Source: a candidate division FCPU426 bacterium
GTDB lineage: Bacteria > Oederibacteriota > Muellerivitia > Muellerivitales > Muellerivitaceae
Direction of reading: 5' to 3'
Assembly (NCBI GenBank): GCA_963796105.1
Contig: CAWCKJ010000004.1
Span: 672,001 to 736,000, forward strand
Length of the DNA stretch: 64,000 nt
Below the pieces are notes generated by a model that was given only the letters and a program-made list of their open reading frames with translations, searched no databases and was not told the DNA's origin. Made by a program: the position numbers and the translations under genes. Within the stretch, counting starts at the first letter, position 1; every line of letters starts with the position of its first letter. This document shows positions 40,383 through 49,661 of the stretch, piece after piece.

Positions 40383-40808
40383 ATGAAGGGAACAAAAATA
40401 GTTTTGGCTATGTCCTTAGCGGCCGTCATCACCCTGAATTTTGGCTGCGGAGCCCCCAAAAGAATTGAAGGCACTGAGGTTCCATCGAAGAAAGCCTCGC
40501 ATGAAGGGATTTCGGTCAAGGGAAAGAAGGTCCCTTCCGGCCAGTATTTGGTGGTTGCCCACGATACCCTCTGGGGCATTGCAGGGAAGTCTGATATCTA
40601 CAATGACAATTTCCAGTGGCCTTTGATCTTCAAGGCCAACCGCGACACCATCAAGGACCCGGATTTGATCTATCCCAAGCAGGACTTCAAGATCACGAAG
40701 GGCGCCAGCAAGGAAGAGATTGCCCATGCCAAGGAGTTGGCTTTGAAAACCCCGAAGTATGTGGCTCACTCTAAACCCCGCCCGACCCTGCCGTTGGATT
40801 ACTTTTGA
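40383..40808 (+). CDS. LysM-domain lipoprotein
   Basis: NFGC lipobox; YLVVAHDTLWGIA...WPLIFKAN...DPDLIYP.Q. Confidence 0.9.
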   Translation: MKGTKIVLAMSLAAVITLNFGCGAPKRIEGTEVPSKKASHEGISVKGKKVPSGQYLVVAHDTLWGIAGKSDIYNDNFQWPLIFKANRDTIKDPDLIYPKQDFKITKGASKEEIAHAKELALKTPKYVAHSKPRPTLPLDYF

Positions 40809-40822
40809 TCTTTAGATGAACC

Positions 40823-40855
40823 AAAGCCCGTCCTTTTAGGATGGGCTTTTTTTTT
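40823..40855 (+). terminator. Intrinsic terminator
   Basis: AAAGCCCGTCC-TTTTA-GGATGGGCTTT then a T run. Confidence 0.8.
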
Positions 40856-40870
40856 GAGCGGAGGCTCTAG

Positions 40871-41107
40871 ATGGATTCCTTCATTTCCCAGGAAAGCGAC
40901 AGTTTCCAAAAAAAACTTCAAAAAGACACCTTGGAAGCGGTTCTCAAATCCATGCAAGAACGGGTTTCCCACTTAGAGTGCCCGGAACACCATCAAAATC
41001 CACGGCTCAAATTCTCCGAAGACTCCGGCCCCGGCCAGCAGAAAATGGCTTTCGATTGCTGCTGTCAAGTCCTGGCGAAAATGCTGGAAGAAGCCTTGAA
41101 AACTTAA
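40871..41107 (+). CDS. Small hypothetical protein with CPEH and CCC motifs
   Basis: GGAGG RBS; clustered Cys/His. Confidence 0.65.
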   Translation: MDSFISQESDSFQKKLQKDTLEAVLKSMQERVSHLECPEHHQNPRLKFSEDSGPGQQKMAFDCCCQVLAKMLEEALKT

Positions 41108-41160
41108 GGATTCTTTTCAAACGCAAGTCTTTGAAAAAACGGTTATTAAAGGATTAATTC

Positions 41161-42183
41161 ATGATTTCCACAAAGGTGAATTGGGGCATCCTATCCACAG
41201 GGGTCATCGCCAGGGAATTCGCTGAGGCTTTGAAGCACACTCAAACCGGGAAATTGACCGCCGTGGCCAGCCGATCCCGCCCTTCGGCTTTGAAATTCGC
41301 CAAGGCATTCTCAGTTCCCCGTCCTTACGGCTCCTATCAGGCCCTGTTAGAAGATCCTGAAGTGGATTCCGTTTATGTCGCAACCCCTCACCCTTACCAC
41401 GCTGAATGGTCCGTCCGGGCGGCCAAGGCAGGCAAACATGTCCTCTGCGAAAAACCCCTGACCATGAATTTCCCCCAAGCGTTGAAAGTCGTCCAAACCG
41501 CCAAAGCCAAGCGCGTTTTTCTCATGGAAGCATTCATGTACCGGTGCCACCCTCAAACCACCCGGCTGGTAGAGTTAGTTAGGAATAAAACCGTCGGGGA
41601 AATAAAGCTGATCCAGTCCCATTTTTGCTTTGAGAGACCCGTTGATCTCAAGCACCGGCTTTTTAACAAGAAACTGGGGGGCGGGGGCATCCTGGATATC
41701 GGCTGTTACCCCGTATCCATGGCCCGGCTCTTGGCAGGCGCGGCCTCGCGCAAACCTTTCCTCGATCCGGTGAAGGTTTCTGGAACCGGCGTCATCGGGG
41801 AAAAAAGTGAGGTGGACGAACTGGCTTTGGCCTCATTGCTGTTTCCCAACGGCGTCCTGGCCGAGGTCGCTTGCGGCATCCGTCTGGATCGGGGAGTGGG
41901 TGTGACGGTTTGGGGCACGAAAGGGAAAATTCATGTCCCGAATCCCTGGCATCCGGGACGCTGGTCCAAGGGTGTTTCGGAAATCCTGATCTACCGCGAC
42001 GGACAAGCCAAGCCCAAGCGGTTGAGGCTGGTGGAAAAAAGGATGGCCTTCACGATCGAGGCGGACATCGCCGGAGACGCGATTCTAAAAGGCCGGAAAG
42101 AAGCCTCTCCCATGCCCTGGGCCGATTCCCTGGGAAACATGAGGACTTTGGAATTGTGGCTGGGGCAGTTGAAAAACCGTTGA
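41161..42183 (+). CDS. Gfo/Idh/MocA oxidoreductase
   Basis: WGILSTGVIA, GKHVLCEKP, MEAFMYRCHP, GGGILDIGCY. Confidence 0.95.
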   Translation: MISTKVNWGILSTGVIAREFAEALKHTQTGKLTAVASRSRPSALKFAKAFSVPRPYGSYQALLEDPEVDSVYVATPHPYHAEWSVRAAKAGKHVLCEKPLTMNFPQALKVVQTAKAKRVFLMEAFMYRCHPQTTRLVELVRNKTVGEIKLIQSHFCFERPVDLKHRLFNKKLGGGGILDIGCYPVSMARLLAGAASRKPFLDPVKVSGTGVIGEKSEVDELALASLLFPNGVLAEVACGIRLDRGVGVTVWGTKGKIHVPNPWHPGRWSKGVSEILIYRDGQAKPKRLRLVEKRMAFTIEADIAGDAILKGRKEASPMPWADSLGNMRTLELWLGQLKNR

Positions 42184-42250
42184 AGAGCAAGCATTAACGA
42201 AAGCCCCTATTTAGATCAATAAAGAATTCATAATTCAAAATTGTTTTTAT

Positions 42251-44776
42251 TTAACGTCCGTTCAACAGGATGATCTTTCCTTTTAGCAGGACGCTTCCCC
42301 CAGATTGGATCAAGTAAAAATAAAGTCCGGATGCCGTAGGCGCGCCGTATTGGTTTAGCCCGTCCCAGGCCGCCATTCCCCCTTTTTCCTCCACTCGCCT
42401 CACTTTCTCGCCCGACAACGTGTAGAAATCCACGGTCGCGCCAGCGGGGAGGCAGGAAACCTTCAAGACTCCCCCGACCGCCGTGTCCGGATCAAACGGT
42501 ACCGGCCAAACATGTATCTCGCAGGGGGCGGAGGATAGATAAGTGTAGGTAGGCGTGGGCGGGACCGAAGGCGCAGGGGTAGGGCTATCCGTCGGGGAAT
42601 AGGTCTGGGTTTCAGTGGGAGTCGGGGACGCGCTGGGGCTGGGGGTATTTGTGAGTGTGTCCGCGGGGGTCGTTGTGGGAGTTCCCGTGAAAGTGGTGGT
42701 ATCGGTTGGCGTTGGCGTTAGTGTGGGGATCGGAGTTGGGGAAGCCGAAGGCGAGGCGGTGGGGCTATCAGCCGGTGAAGGGGTTGAGGTTTGGGTAGGC
42801 GTTGAGGATGGACTGGGTGTCTGGGTCGGAGTCAGAGACGGCGTCGGGCTGGGGGAGAGGGTCCAAGTAGGGGTTAAAACGGGGGTAAGAGTACCTGTCG
42901 AGGTGGGGGAAGGCGTGGGCGTGTTTGTAGGCGTCGGGGTGACGGTGGAAGTCGGGGTATCGGTGGAAGTGGACGTGGGACTTGGCGTATCCGTGTCAGT
43001 GGGGGTTGAAGTCGGGGTAGGAGTCTGTGTGGCCGTATCCGTGGGGGTGTTTGTGGGAGTAGGGGTTGAGGTGGGTGTGTAGGTGAAAGTAAAGGTTGGT
43101 GTTGGTGATACGGATGACGAACCCGTTGGGGTGGATGTCACGGTGGGGGCCGGTGTGTCCGTGGGAGTCGGTGTGTTGGTCGGGGTAGGAGACATTGTCG
43201 GAGTGGGGCTGTTCGTGGGAGTCGGGGATTCGGTGGGGGTAAATGTGTTAGTCGGTGTATGAGTGTTGGTGAGGGTTGGGGTGTTGGTGGGGGTTTTAGT
43301 AGGGGTCGGGGTGGAAGTAGCCGTGGGTGTTTTCGTGGGTGTCCGGGTGAAAGAAGGTGTGGGCGTCGGGGTTATGGTCGGGGTATTCGTAAAAGTCCTG
43401 GTGTTGGTTTGGGTCGGAGTGGGGGTGGGAGTCAAGGTGGGACATGCTCCGCCTGGGGTGTTGGTGGGAACCGGCGTGTTAGAGCTGAAGGAAACACCCG
43501 CCGGGTAGCCATAGGCGTCCGCGTTGCCGAACCCATAGGCGATGACCCCGAATGGCGCGGAACCTGTCAAATAATGGGGGCCCGTTCCCGTCCCGGCCTG
43601 GAACCCTGAATAACCGCTTCCTGGAATGACCGTCCAACCGGAGGCCGCGAAGCCCGCGCCGTCCAGGGAAACCGATCCCGTGGCGGAGGTTGGCGCGATG
43701 ATGTTCTCGTAATTCCCCAAGAAACCGGAGGATGGGGTTTCTAAAAAATAATCGGAGGCCAATTCATTCAGGGGCGGGATGGATATCATCGTCGGATCCG
43801 AATTGGGGTCGTTGTCATAAGTCTGGCCGTTGGCGTACTGCATGACGTAGATGGGGTTGTTGGAAGTGATATAGAGGGGAGAGGCATATATGTTTTCGTA
43901 AAACTGGCCGTGGTTCAGGGAGGCCGCTACGGAGCCGTTCACCATGACAGTCGTGGAATCATCCGAGGCCAGGAAGCGCAGGGTGTCCCCGCCGGTTCTC
44001 GTGGCCAGGGGCATGGTGGCGAACCGGGTACCCCACCATTGGAGCGGCCAGTACTGTTCCACCAGATAGTTGCAGGACGCGTAGGTCCGGGGCACATAAT
44101 CGCAAAGATGGCCCCCAATGACCGCCGCTGGTTTGTCGGTGGTAATGAGGGTCCCTGTCAGGTCCGCCCCGCCATCCAAATCCTGAAGCTGGTAAACCTC
44201 GCCTTGGTTGAGCGTCATGGTAAAGGGCACGTTGGCGGCGTGTCCGGTCATGTTGATGGCCGGCGTGACAGTCACGCGGGTGCAATCCTGGGTTGCCACG
44301 ACCGCTAACTCGCTCCCCAGCAAGTTCTCCTGGTTGAAGTAGGAATAGGCCATGTAGCTTTCGCCCAAGGCCTCCACCGGCAGGGCCAGGTACCCGTCGG
44401 AGGCCTGCGGGGTGTAGTTGAGGCCGTACACAGAAACCTGACTCTCCGCCGTGACATGAATTCCGATGTCCTGGATTCCATCCTGGGAAACCGCCTGGGC
44501 CCCGGTAGGCACGTCAATTTGGGTAGCTCCGTAAGCAGCCAGGGTGAAAGGAGCGCTGAATCCCAGGCCTGGAATTTGCACCAAGCCGTTGGTATCGGTT
44601 TCACTCGTGATAAGAACCTGTAGGGAGTAGGTGGTATTACCCTCGGGGAAGGACATCCAAAACTCGGTCCCTTTGCTGGTAATGCCGGCCCGCGCTGTCG
44701 TCGCGGTTTCCAAGAAGAGCAAAACCAAAACAGCAAGCAAGTATAGTTCATTGAAGCGGGGGAATTTCTTCGACAT
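42251..44776 (-). CDS. Secreted IgGFc-binding-protein N-terminal-like domain, ~300-aa Thr/Pro linker, FlgD/T9SS-CTD-like C-terminus
   Basis: [38 protein letters not shown]-terminal WPVPFDP...[10 protein letters not shown]...WDG.N..G...ASGLYFY. Confidence 0.85.
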   Translation of the reverse strand: MSKKFPRFNELYLLAVLVLLFLETATTARAGITSKGTEFWMSFPEGNTTYSLQVLITSETDTNGLVQIPGLGFSAPFTLAAYGATQIDVPTGAQAVSQDGIQDIGIHVTAESQVSVYGLNYTPQASDGYLALPVEALGESYMAYSYFNQENLLGSELAVVATQDCTRVTVTPAINMTGHAANVPFTMTLNQGEVYQLQDLDGGADLTGTLITTDKPAAVIGGHLCDYVPRTYASCNYLVEQYWPLQWWGTRFATMPLATRTGGDTLRFLASDDSTTVMVNGSVAASLNHGQFYENIYASPLYITSNNPIYVMQYANGQTYDNDPNSDPTMISIPPLNELASDYFLETPSSGFLGNYENIIAPTSATGSVSLDGAGFAASGWTVIPGSGYSGFQAGTGTGPHYLTGSAPFGVIAYGFGNADAYGYPAGVSFSSNTPVPTNTPGGACPTLTPTPTPTQTNTRTFTNTPTITPTPTPSFTRTPTKTPTATSTPTPTKTPTNTPTLTNTHTPTNTFTPTESPTPTNSPTPTMSPTPTNTPTPTDTPAPTVTSTPTGSSSVSPTPTFTFTYTPTSTPTPTNTPTDTATQTPTPTSTPTDTDTPSPTSTSTDTPTSTVTPTPTNTPTPSPTSTGTLTPVLTPTWTLSPSPTPSLTPTQTPSPSSTPTQTSTPSPADSPTASPSASPTPIPTLTPTPTDTTTFTGTPTTTPADTLTNTPSPSASPTPTETQTYSPTDSPTPAPSVPPTPTYTYLSSAPCEIHVWPVPFDPDTAVGGVLKVSCLPAGATVDFYTLSGEKVRRVEEKGGMAAWDGLNQYGAPTASGLYFYLIQSGGSVLLKGKIILLNGR

Positions 44777-44945
44777 ACTAAACCTAACGGCAAAAACGAG
44801 ATTATCCGTAGAACCTTTCGTAAGTATGCCTCAAATCTATCGACCTCACGGTCATGTCGGTTCAAGTCCGACCTCAGCACCACTTTTCTCCATTGATATG
44901 CATTAATAATGTTTAATGAGGTTGTATCCAGACGAAGCCTGGGCC

Positions 44946-44963
44946 CTGTCCACAACTGAGAGG
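44946..44963 (+). repeat. TGTCCA element left arm
   Basis: CTGTCCACAACTGAGAGG. Confidence 0.55.
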
Positions 44964-45022
44964 CTTTTCAATTATGGGAAAACCCGCCTTGACGATCCCT
45001 ATTTATTGTATATACTAAAATT

Positions 45023-45304
45023 ATGAGATTTGATTGGAACCCCGCCAAGGACGAAGTTAACTTTAGGAAACACGGTGTTTCATTCAAAACAGCTATCACG
45101 GCCTTTGATGATCCCTGGGCCTTGGTGGCCGCTGACCCTAAGCATTCAACCACGGAGTCCAGGGAATGGTTGATTGGGGAAGCTGATGGTGGAAGGGTTC
45201 TGGTGATAGTTTTCACCAAACGCTCACAAGGCCAGGTCTGCCGCATCATCAGCGCAAGGCCGGCAAGCCGTCGGGAAAGGAACCGTTATGAAGAGCTCAA
45301 ATGA
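45023..45304 (+). CDS. brnT: BrnT family toxin
   Basis: RFDWNPAK...N.RKHGVSF..A...F.D...RIISARPA. Confidence 0.92.
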   Translation: MRFDWNPAKDEVNFRKHGVSFKTAITAFDDPWALVAADPKHSTTESREWLIGEADGGRVLVIVFTKRSQGQVCRIISARPASRRERNRYEELK

Positions 45305-45578
45305 ATTTCCGTTTCACAAAGCAAGAAGGTTGACTCCCGGAGAAGTGGAGAAGAACAGCCGGGCAATCGAACATCACACTGGCAAACCACGCCGTCCACG
45401 CGGCCGGCCGGCTAAAGAGCCTCATGAGCTTTATTTCCCGGTTTCCATCCGCCTCAATCCGAAAGCCTTGGAATGGGCCAAGAAAATTGGCCGGCAAAAA
45501 GGCATTGGATACCAAACAGTCATCAACGAAGCCTTATTGAGTGTTGCTGAAGAAAAGAAACTTTCTCACGCGCATTAA
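45288..45578 (+). CDS. brnA: BrnA family antitoxin
   Basis: RGRP...VSIRL...LEW.K...GIGYQTVINEAL. Confidence 0.9.
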   Translation: MKSSNEFPFHKARRLTPGEVEKNSRAIEHHTGKPRRPRGRPAKEPHELYFPVSIRLNPKALEWAKKIGRQKGIGYQTVINEALLSVAEEKKLSHAH

Positions 45579-45590
45579 GGATGTCCAGGG

Positions 45591-45692
45591 CTGTCCACGA
45601 AGGGGAGACCATCGCACCGCAGCGATGGTTCGTTGCCGCCCATAGCTTGGTGCAGGCCTCGCTCCGCAGTGCAGGGCAGGGGTCGTGGACAA
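45591..45692 (+). repeat. Long (~100 bp) TGTCCA...TGGACA element
   Basis: CTGTCCACGAAGGGGAG-ACCATCGC-ACCGCA-GCGATGGT...GTCGTGGACAA; inverted copy at 48635-48736. Confidence 0.85.
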
Positions 45693-46033
45693 AAAAAGGG
45701 GGGTTTATAAAAGACGCGAATTTTCAATAGTTATCCTGGTTGAGTTCAAAATGGAAATTGGTTGAGGGATGGTTTTTAAGTCCATTGACAAATATTGGAC
45801 AAGTGGATTTTTAAAACCGAAGGCGGGGTTAGAAGAAATTATTTTTTCGATTCAACTGAATGGGTTTTAAAAATTTTCGTTCGAGCAAATTTTTGGTTGA
45901 CGGGGACTCTCAAAATCAAGCAGTTAAATCCCTAAAAATGCCTGTTTCTATTGGCAAGTAGAGAAGCGGACGCATATAATTCCTCCTCGCCCTTTAGGAA
46001 GTTAGGAAGTGCCCGGCGTCCCATGAGGAAAAA

Positions 46034-47599
46034 TTGATTCAATCATTCAAACGTTACTTAAAAGTCATTTCCTTTTTATTTGCAATCTTCATCACCCTCC
46101 CAATCTTAGCCCCTCATCAATTGCTTGCTAATTCGCTTCCTCTTTCGATTTCAGGTAACCAAATCGTCACGAGCGAGGGCTGTACCCTGCGCTTAAGGGG
46201 GGTGGATGTCTCCGGTTTGGAATATAGCCCTTACGGGGATACCGGCACGGGAGCGCCCACGACCAACATCAACGGCACGACCATGACCGATTACGTGGCT
46301 ATCGCGGCGGAGGCAGTCACAGCCTGGCATTGCAATATCATCCGCCTTCCTTTTAACCAGGACTTTTGGTTCGGCTGCTCGAACTCCAAGGGAACGCCCG
46401 ACCAAACCGCCTACCAATCCGAAATTCAAGCGGTCGTCAATTACTGCTCCCAAAACAACGCCTATGTGGACCTGGACCTTCATTGGTCCGGTAACTACAT
46501 AGGTACCTCCCCCACAACCCCCTGCTCCGGAGGAGGATGGGGCTCAGTCACTGCCCAGCAAATGATGCCGGACTGGAATTCGGTCACCCTCTGGGCCTCG
46601 GTGGCTTCGCAATTCGCCAATAACCCGGCGGTTCTATTTGACCTCTTCAATGAGCCTTACTTCGTCACCTGGGATGTTTGGCGAAACGGAGGCACAACAT
46701 CTTGGTCCTTCGTCTACCAGGGCGTTACTTATTCAGGAACCTTCAATACACCGGGCCTTCAAACCCTCCTCACAACCATACGAAACACCGGGGCCAACAA
46801 CGTTGTGGTGGCAGGCGGGTTAAACTGGGCCTATGACTTAACGGGAATAGCCAATGGAAGTACCAGTTGCAACGGCAGCAATTGCGCCCTGACCGATACC
46901 ACATCTGGGAACGGCGTCCTTTATTCGGCCCATGTCTATTCCAGCAAGGGTTCCACAACCGGTTGGGACACCTACGTCACATCCGCCAGTTCCTCCAACG
47001 CGGTCATCATTGAGGAATTCGGTGCCTCCGTAACGGACGCGGCCGGTTGGGATAATACCGCGATTAGCTGGTTCAACGGTTCGAACGCCAACAACTATGT
47101 TTACTCCGCCATGGCCTGGGCCTTCAGCCCCGATGTCAGTCCTTCCCTCATCACGAGTTTCAACGGGTATCCCACGACTTCCTACCACGGCGTCCCGGTC
47201 TCAACCTGGCTCGCGAACATCAGCTCCACCGGCACCTGCCCCACCTGGACCCCCACGCCCTGCGGATATCCCGGCCCCACCTGCACCCTCACTTTCACTC
47301 CCACCCCGACCGCGACACCCCTCCCCGGAATCGGCCCCGCGAAAGCCCTCCCGACTATCATCAAGGGCGCCCTAAGCTGTTGCGCCTTCAAGGTGCCGGA
47401 ATTGAATGCCACCTTAAAAGCCAGGGTTTATACCCTGACCGGCGAACTGGTCGCGTCAATCAATGGGACCCCCGGGACCAGCCAATGCGTCTGGTGCCCG
47501 AAAGGAAGCGCCAGCGGGCTTTACCTGTCGGTGGTGGATGAGACGCAGTCCAATGGGAATTTCAGCCGGGAGAAACTGAGGGTTTTGGTCATCCATTAA
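46034..47599 (+). CDS. Secreted glycoside hydrolase family 5 (cellulase-like) with Thr/Pro linker and CTD-like C-terminus
   Basis: LRGVD.SGLEY, NIIRLP, DLHW, FDLFNEP (acid/base), HVY, IEEFG (nucleophile), AWAF. Confidence 0.92.
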   Translation: MIQSFKRYLKVISFLFAIFITLPILAPHQLLANSLPLSISGNQIVTSEGCTLRLRGVDVSGLEYSPYGDTGTGAPTTNINGTTMTDYVAIAAEAVTAWHCNIIRLPFNQDFWFGCSNSKGTPDQTAYQSEIQAVVNYCSQNNAYVDLDLHWSGNYIGTSPTTPCSGGGWGSVTAQQMMPDWNSVTLWASVASQFANNPAVLFDLFNEPYFVTWDVWRNGGTTSWSFVYQGVTYSGTFNTPGLQTLLTTIRNTGANNVVVAGGLNWAYDLTGIANGSTSCNGSNCALTDTTSGNGVLYSAHVYSSKGSTTGWDTYVTSASSSNAVIIEEFGASVTDAAGWDNTAISWFNGSNANNYVYSAMAWAFSPDVSPSLITSFNGYPTTSYHGVPVSTWLANISSTGTCPTWTPTPCGYPGPTCTLTFTPTPTATPLPGIGPAKALPTIIKGALSCCAFKVPELNATLKARVYTLTGELVASINGTPGTSQCVWCPKGSASGLYLSVVDETQSNGNFSREKLRVLVIH

Positions 47600-47655
47600 G
47601 GCGGGGGCGGCAACGAACCATCGCTGCGGTGCGATGGTTTCCCCGTCTTGGACAG
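47600..47655 (-). repeat. Half TGTCCA element, reverse orientation
   Basis: Reverse complement CTGTCCAAGACGGGGAAACCATCGCACCGCAGCGATGGTTCGTTGCCGCCC. Confidence 0.85.
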
Positions 47656-47772
47656 CCAAAAGTAGGTTAATGGTCACTGCTTCCCGCTGACCTGTCGCCC
47701 GAAGCCCTTTGGGCGCAGGGTGAGGAGCGGGAAGCCAGACCCCGTTTTCTCTTCTTTATTCCAAGAATGGGT

Positions 47773-47982
47773 TCAGGCCCACTTGAGGACGGGTTTCTTG
47801 CGGGACTAAACGCAATCCCGCAAGTACATATTGATCAGGTTTTGGTAGGGGATACCCTCCGTATTGGAAAGCTTTTTAAAATACTCTATAGTTTCTTCCT
47901 CAATGCGGATGGTAACCTGTCTTTTCAACATTTTAGTGTATGGATTTTGTTTGGATTTTGAAAAATCGTATTCTTCCCTCAT
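47773..47982 (-). CDS. brnA: BrnA family antitoxin with in-frame TAG at codon 59 (47806-47808)
   Basis: Manual translation MREEYDFSKSKQNPY...VTIRI...YFK...GIPYQNLINMYLRDCV*SRKKPVLKWA*; ATGA overlap with brnT. Confidence 0.85.
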
Positions 47983-48269
47983 GTTCCCCCTCCATATTGT
48001 TTTCGCTCGTTTTTGGACGCCTTTCTTGCCGAGATAATCCGTATGATCCTGTCATTGGAGCGATAACAATGGCAAACCAGGAGCATATGTAGTTTCGAAC
48101 TTATCCCCAGAAGGATGAAGCGGTCTTCCTCATCTGAGTGATCAGGATCCCGGATCAACCGCGCGTTATCATCATAAAAAACAGATTTGGCTTCCTCAAA
48201 AGAGACACCATGTTTCTTTTGATTGGCCCTATCTTTTATGGCATCCCACCTAAAAACGAGTGGTGTCAT
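47979..48269 (-). CDS. brnT: BrnT family toxin
   Basis: FRWD..K..ANQKKHGVSFEEAKSVF.D...DPDHSDEEDRF...IRIISARKA. Confidence 0.93.
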   Translation of the reverse strand: MTPLVFRWDAIKDRANQKKHGVSFEEAKSVFYDDNARLIRDPDHSDEEDRFILLGISSKLHMLLVCHCYRSNDRIIRIISARKASKNERKQYGGGT

Positions 48270-48376
48270 ATTTACACTATAATTATATTATAATTATAAA
48301 TCAAGGGCTGTGGATAGAGCGCGAAAATCGTCAGGAAAATCAGGTAGAAATTATTGTTCTCTTTTTTCAATCCGAC

Positions 48377-48430
48377 CTGTCCACGATCCCTGCGCCAAGC
48401 CGGGGGCTTGACGCTCCCCAGGCTGGACAG
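48377..48430 (-). repeat. Complete short TGTCCA...TGGACA element
   Basis: Reverse complement CTGTCCAGCCTGGGGAGCGTCAAGCCCCCGGCTTGGCGCAGGGATCGTGGACAG. Confidence 0.85.
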
Positions 48431-48438
48431 GCAACGGC

Positions 48439-48615
48439 TTAAGGTTTATAAACGAGCTTCGCTTTTAGGTACATGGCGATCGCTCCGACAACCCAGCCCG
48501 CGAAAAATATAGCGACGGGCTTGGCTTTTTCTTTACCGCCCATGAGCCAAAATCCGCCGAGAACGACGGCCATCACGATGACGACCGCGATCCCCCAACT
48601 TACGAATGGATTCAT
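48439..48615 (-). CDS. Small two-TM protein
   Basis: GGAGG RBS before ATG 48615; two hydrophobic helices. Confidence 0.7.
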   Translation of the reverse strand: MNPFVSWGIAVVIVMAVVLGGFWLMGGKEKAKPVAIFFAGWVVGAIAMYLKAKLVYKP

Positions 48616-48634
48616 ATTGCAACCTCCAATTTCA

Positions 48635-48736
48635 TTGTCCATAATCCCTGCACTACGCCGCAGTGCGAGCCCTGCACCAAGCTATGGGCGGCAACGAAAC
48701 ATCGCTGCGGTGCGATGGTTTCCTCGTCGTGGACAG
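48635..48736 (-). repeat. Long TGTCCA...TGGACA element, reverse orientation
   Basis: Inverted near-copy of 45591-45692. Confidence 0.85.
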
Positions 48737-48755
48737 CCTCAAGAAGGTCGCTCCT

Positions 48756-49484
48756 TTAATTCGTTAAATGAATTCTTTCCATCGCCACCTTAGGAAGATT
48801 TTGATAAAAATTAATTGTACATTCTATTTGGCCATTGCGGTTCAATAGCCCTACACGCCCCAAAGCGAAGGTTGACTCTTTAGCAAAAGTAAAAAAAGCA
48901 TAATTGTCCACTTCAACCTCTACGCTTTGACTGTTTAATTTCTTTAGGTGAAAATCCCCACCAGAATAAATCGATTTATAAATAAGTACTTTTGGTTCTG
49001 AAAAGCCTTCAGAAAACACACCCAAAGCCGAATCAGGTGCTAAGTCCGAAGGTATTCTCCGCACAAATATTAGTTCTTTCATTCCGTCTTTATTTAAATC
49101 TACAAGGCAATATTCCATAACATTAAATCCAAGATAATAAACTTTCATATCTTTTATAAGAAAGGTATTGCCTGCGTTTAATTGCATATTTTGTTTCTCA
49201 TCGACTACAAATATCTGGCCTTTTAAACCCTTCCAAACTTCCTTAGGCGTTACTTCTTTGACAGGAAATTTTTGACCCTTTTCAATTAGGTGGTAATTCT
49301 TATCCCCGTTAAAAAACCATGCCTCAATTAGTTTTTCTGCTTTTAAATTTGAAATTAGTCCTGATTCAATCCTACGAGAAGCGACTTCTTCTGCGTTGAG
49401 TTTTCCTGTAAACAAATCATGATTGGAAAAAATCAATAATGCCATACCCAACCCAAGCAAAAGACTTTTCTTCATAAGTTTCAT
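48756..49484 (-). CDS. AT-rich secreted hypothetical protein
   Basis: Signal-like N-terminus; DLNKDGMKEL Ca-binding-like loop. Confidence 0.7.
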   Translation of the reverse strand: MKLMKKSLLLGLGMALLIFSNHDLFTGKLNAEEVASRRIESGLISNLKAEKLIEAWFFNGDKNYHLIEKGQKFPVKEVTPKEVWKGLKGQIFVVDEKQNMQLNAGNTFLIKDMKVYYLGFNVMEYCLVDLNKDGMKELIFVRRIPSDLAPDSALGVFSEGFSEPKVLIYKSIYSGGDFHLKKLNSQSVEVEVDNYAFFTFAKESTFALGRVGLLNRNGQIECTINFYQNLPKVAMERIHLTN

Positions 49485-49661
49485 TAGGGTCTCCAGGCTG
49501 GGCTCCCTTCGTTACACTCAGGGCAAGCTCACCTTCACGGTCACTACGATTTTATATCCAATATTTAAATCCTCCGACTTATAAAACCCTCGCGAAATCC
49601 CATTAGATTTAACGGAATTAGCCATTGAATCCCCCCATCTTTTCGGGCAAAGTGGGAAAAC

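Noticed and set aside
47806..47808. Genome-wide TAG recoding
   Set aside because: mazF, the acyl-CoA dehydrogenase and hypD end in TAG at expected positions.
44946..49503. Canonical integron (intI plus attC)
   Set aside because: No tyrosine recombinase in the window and the sites lack RYYYAAC/GTTRRRY ends; reported instead as a non-canonical analogue.
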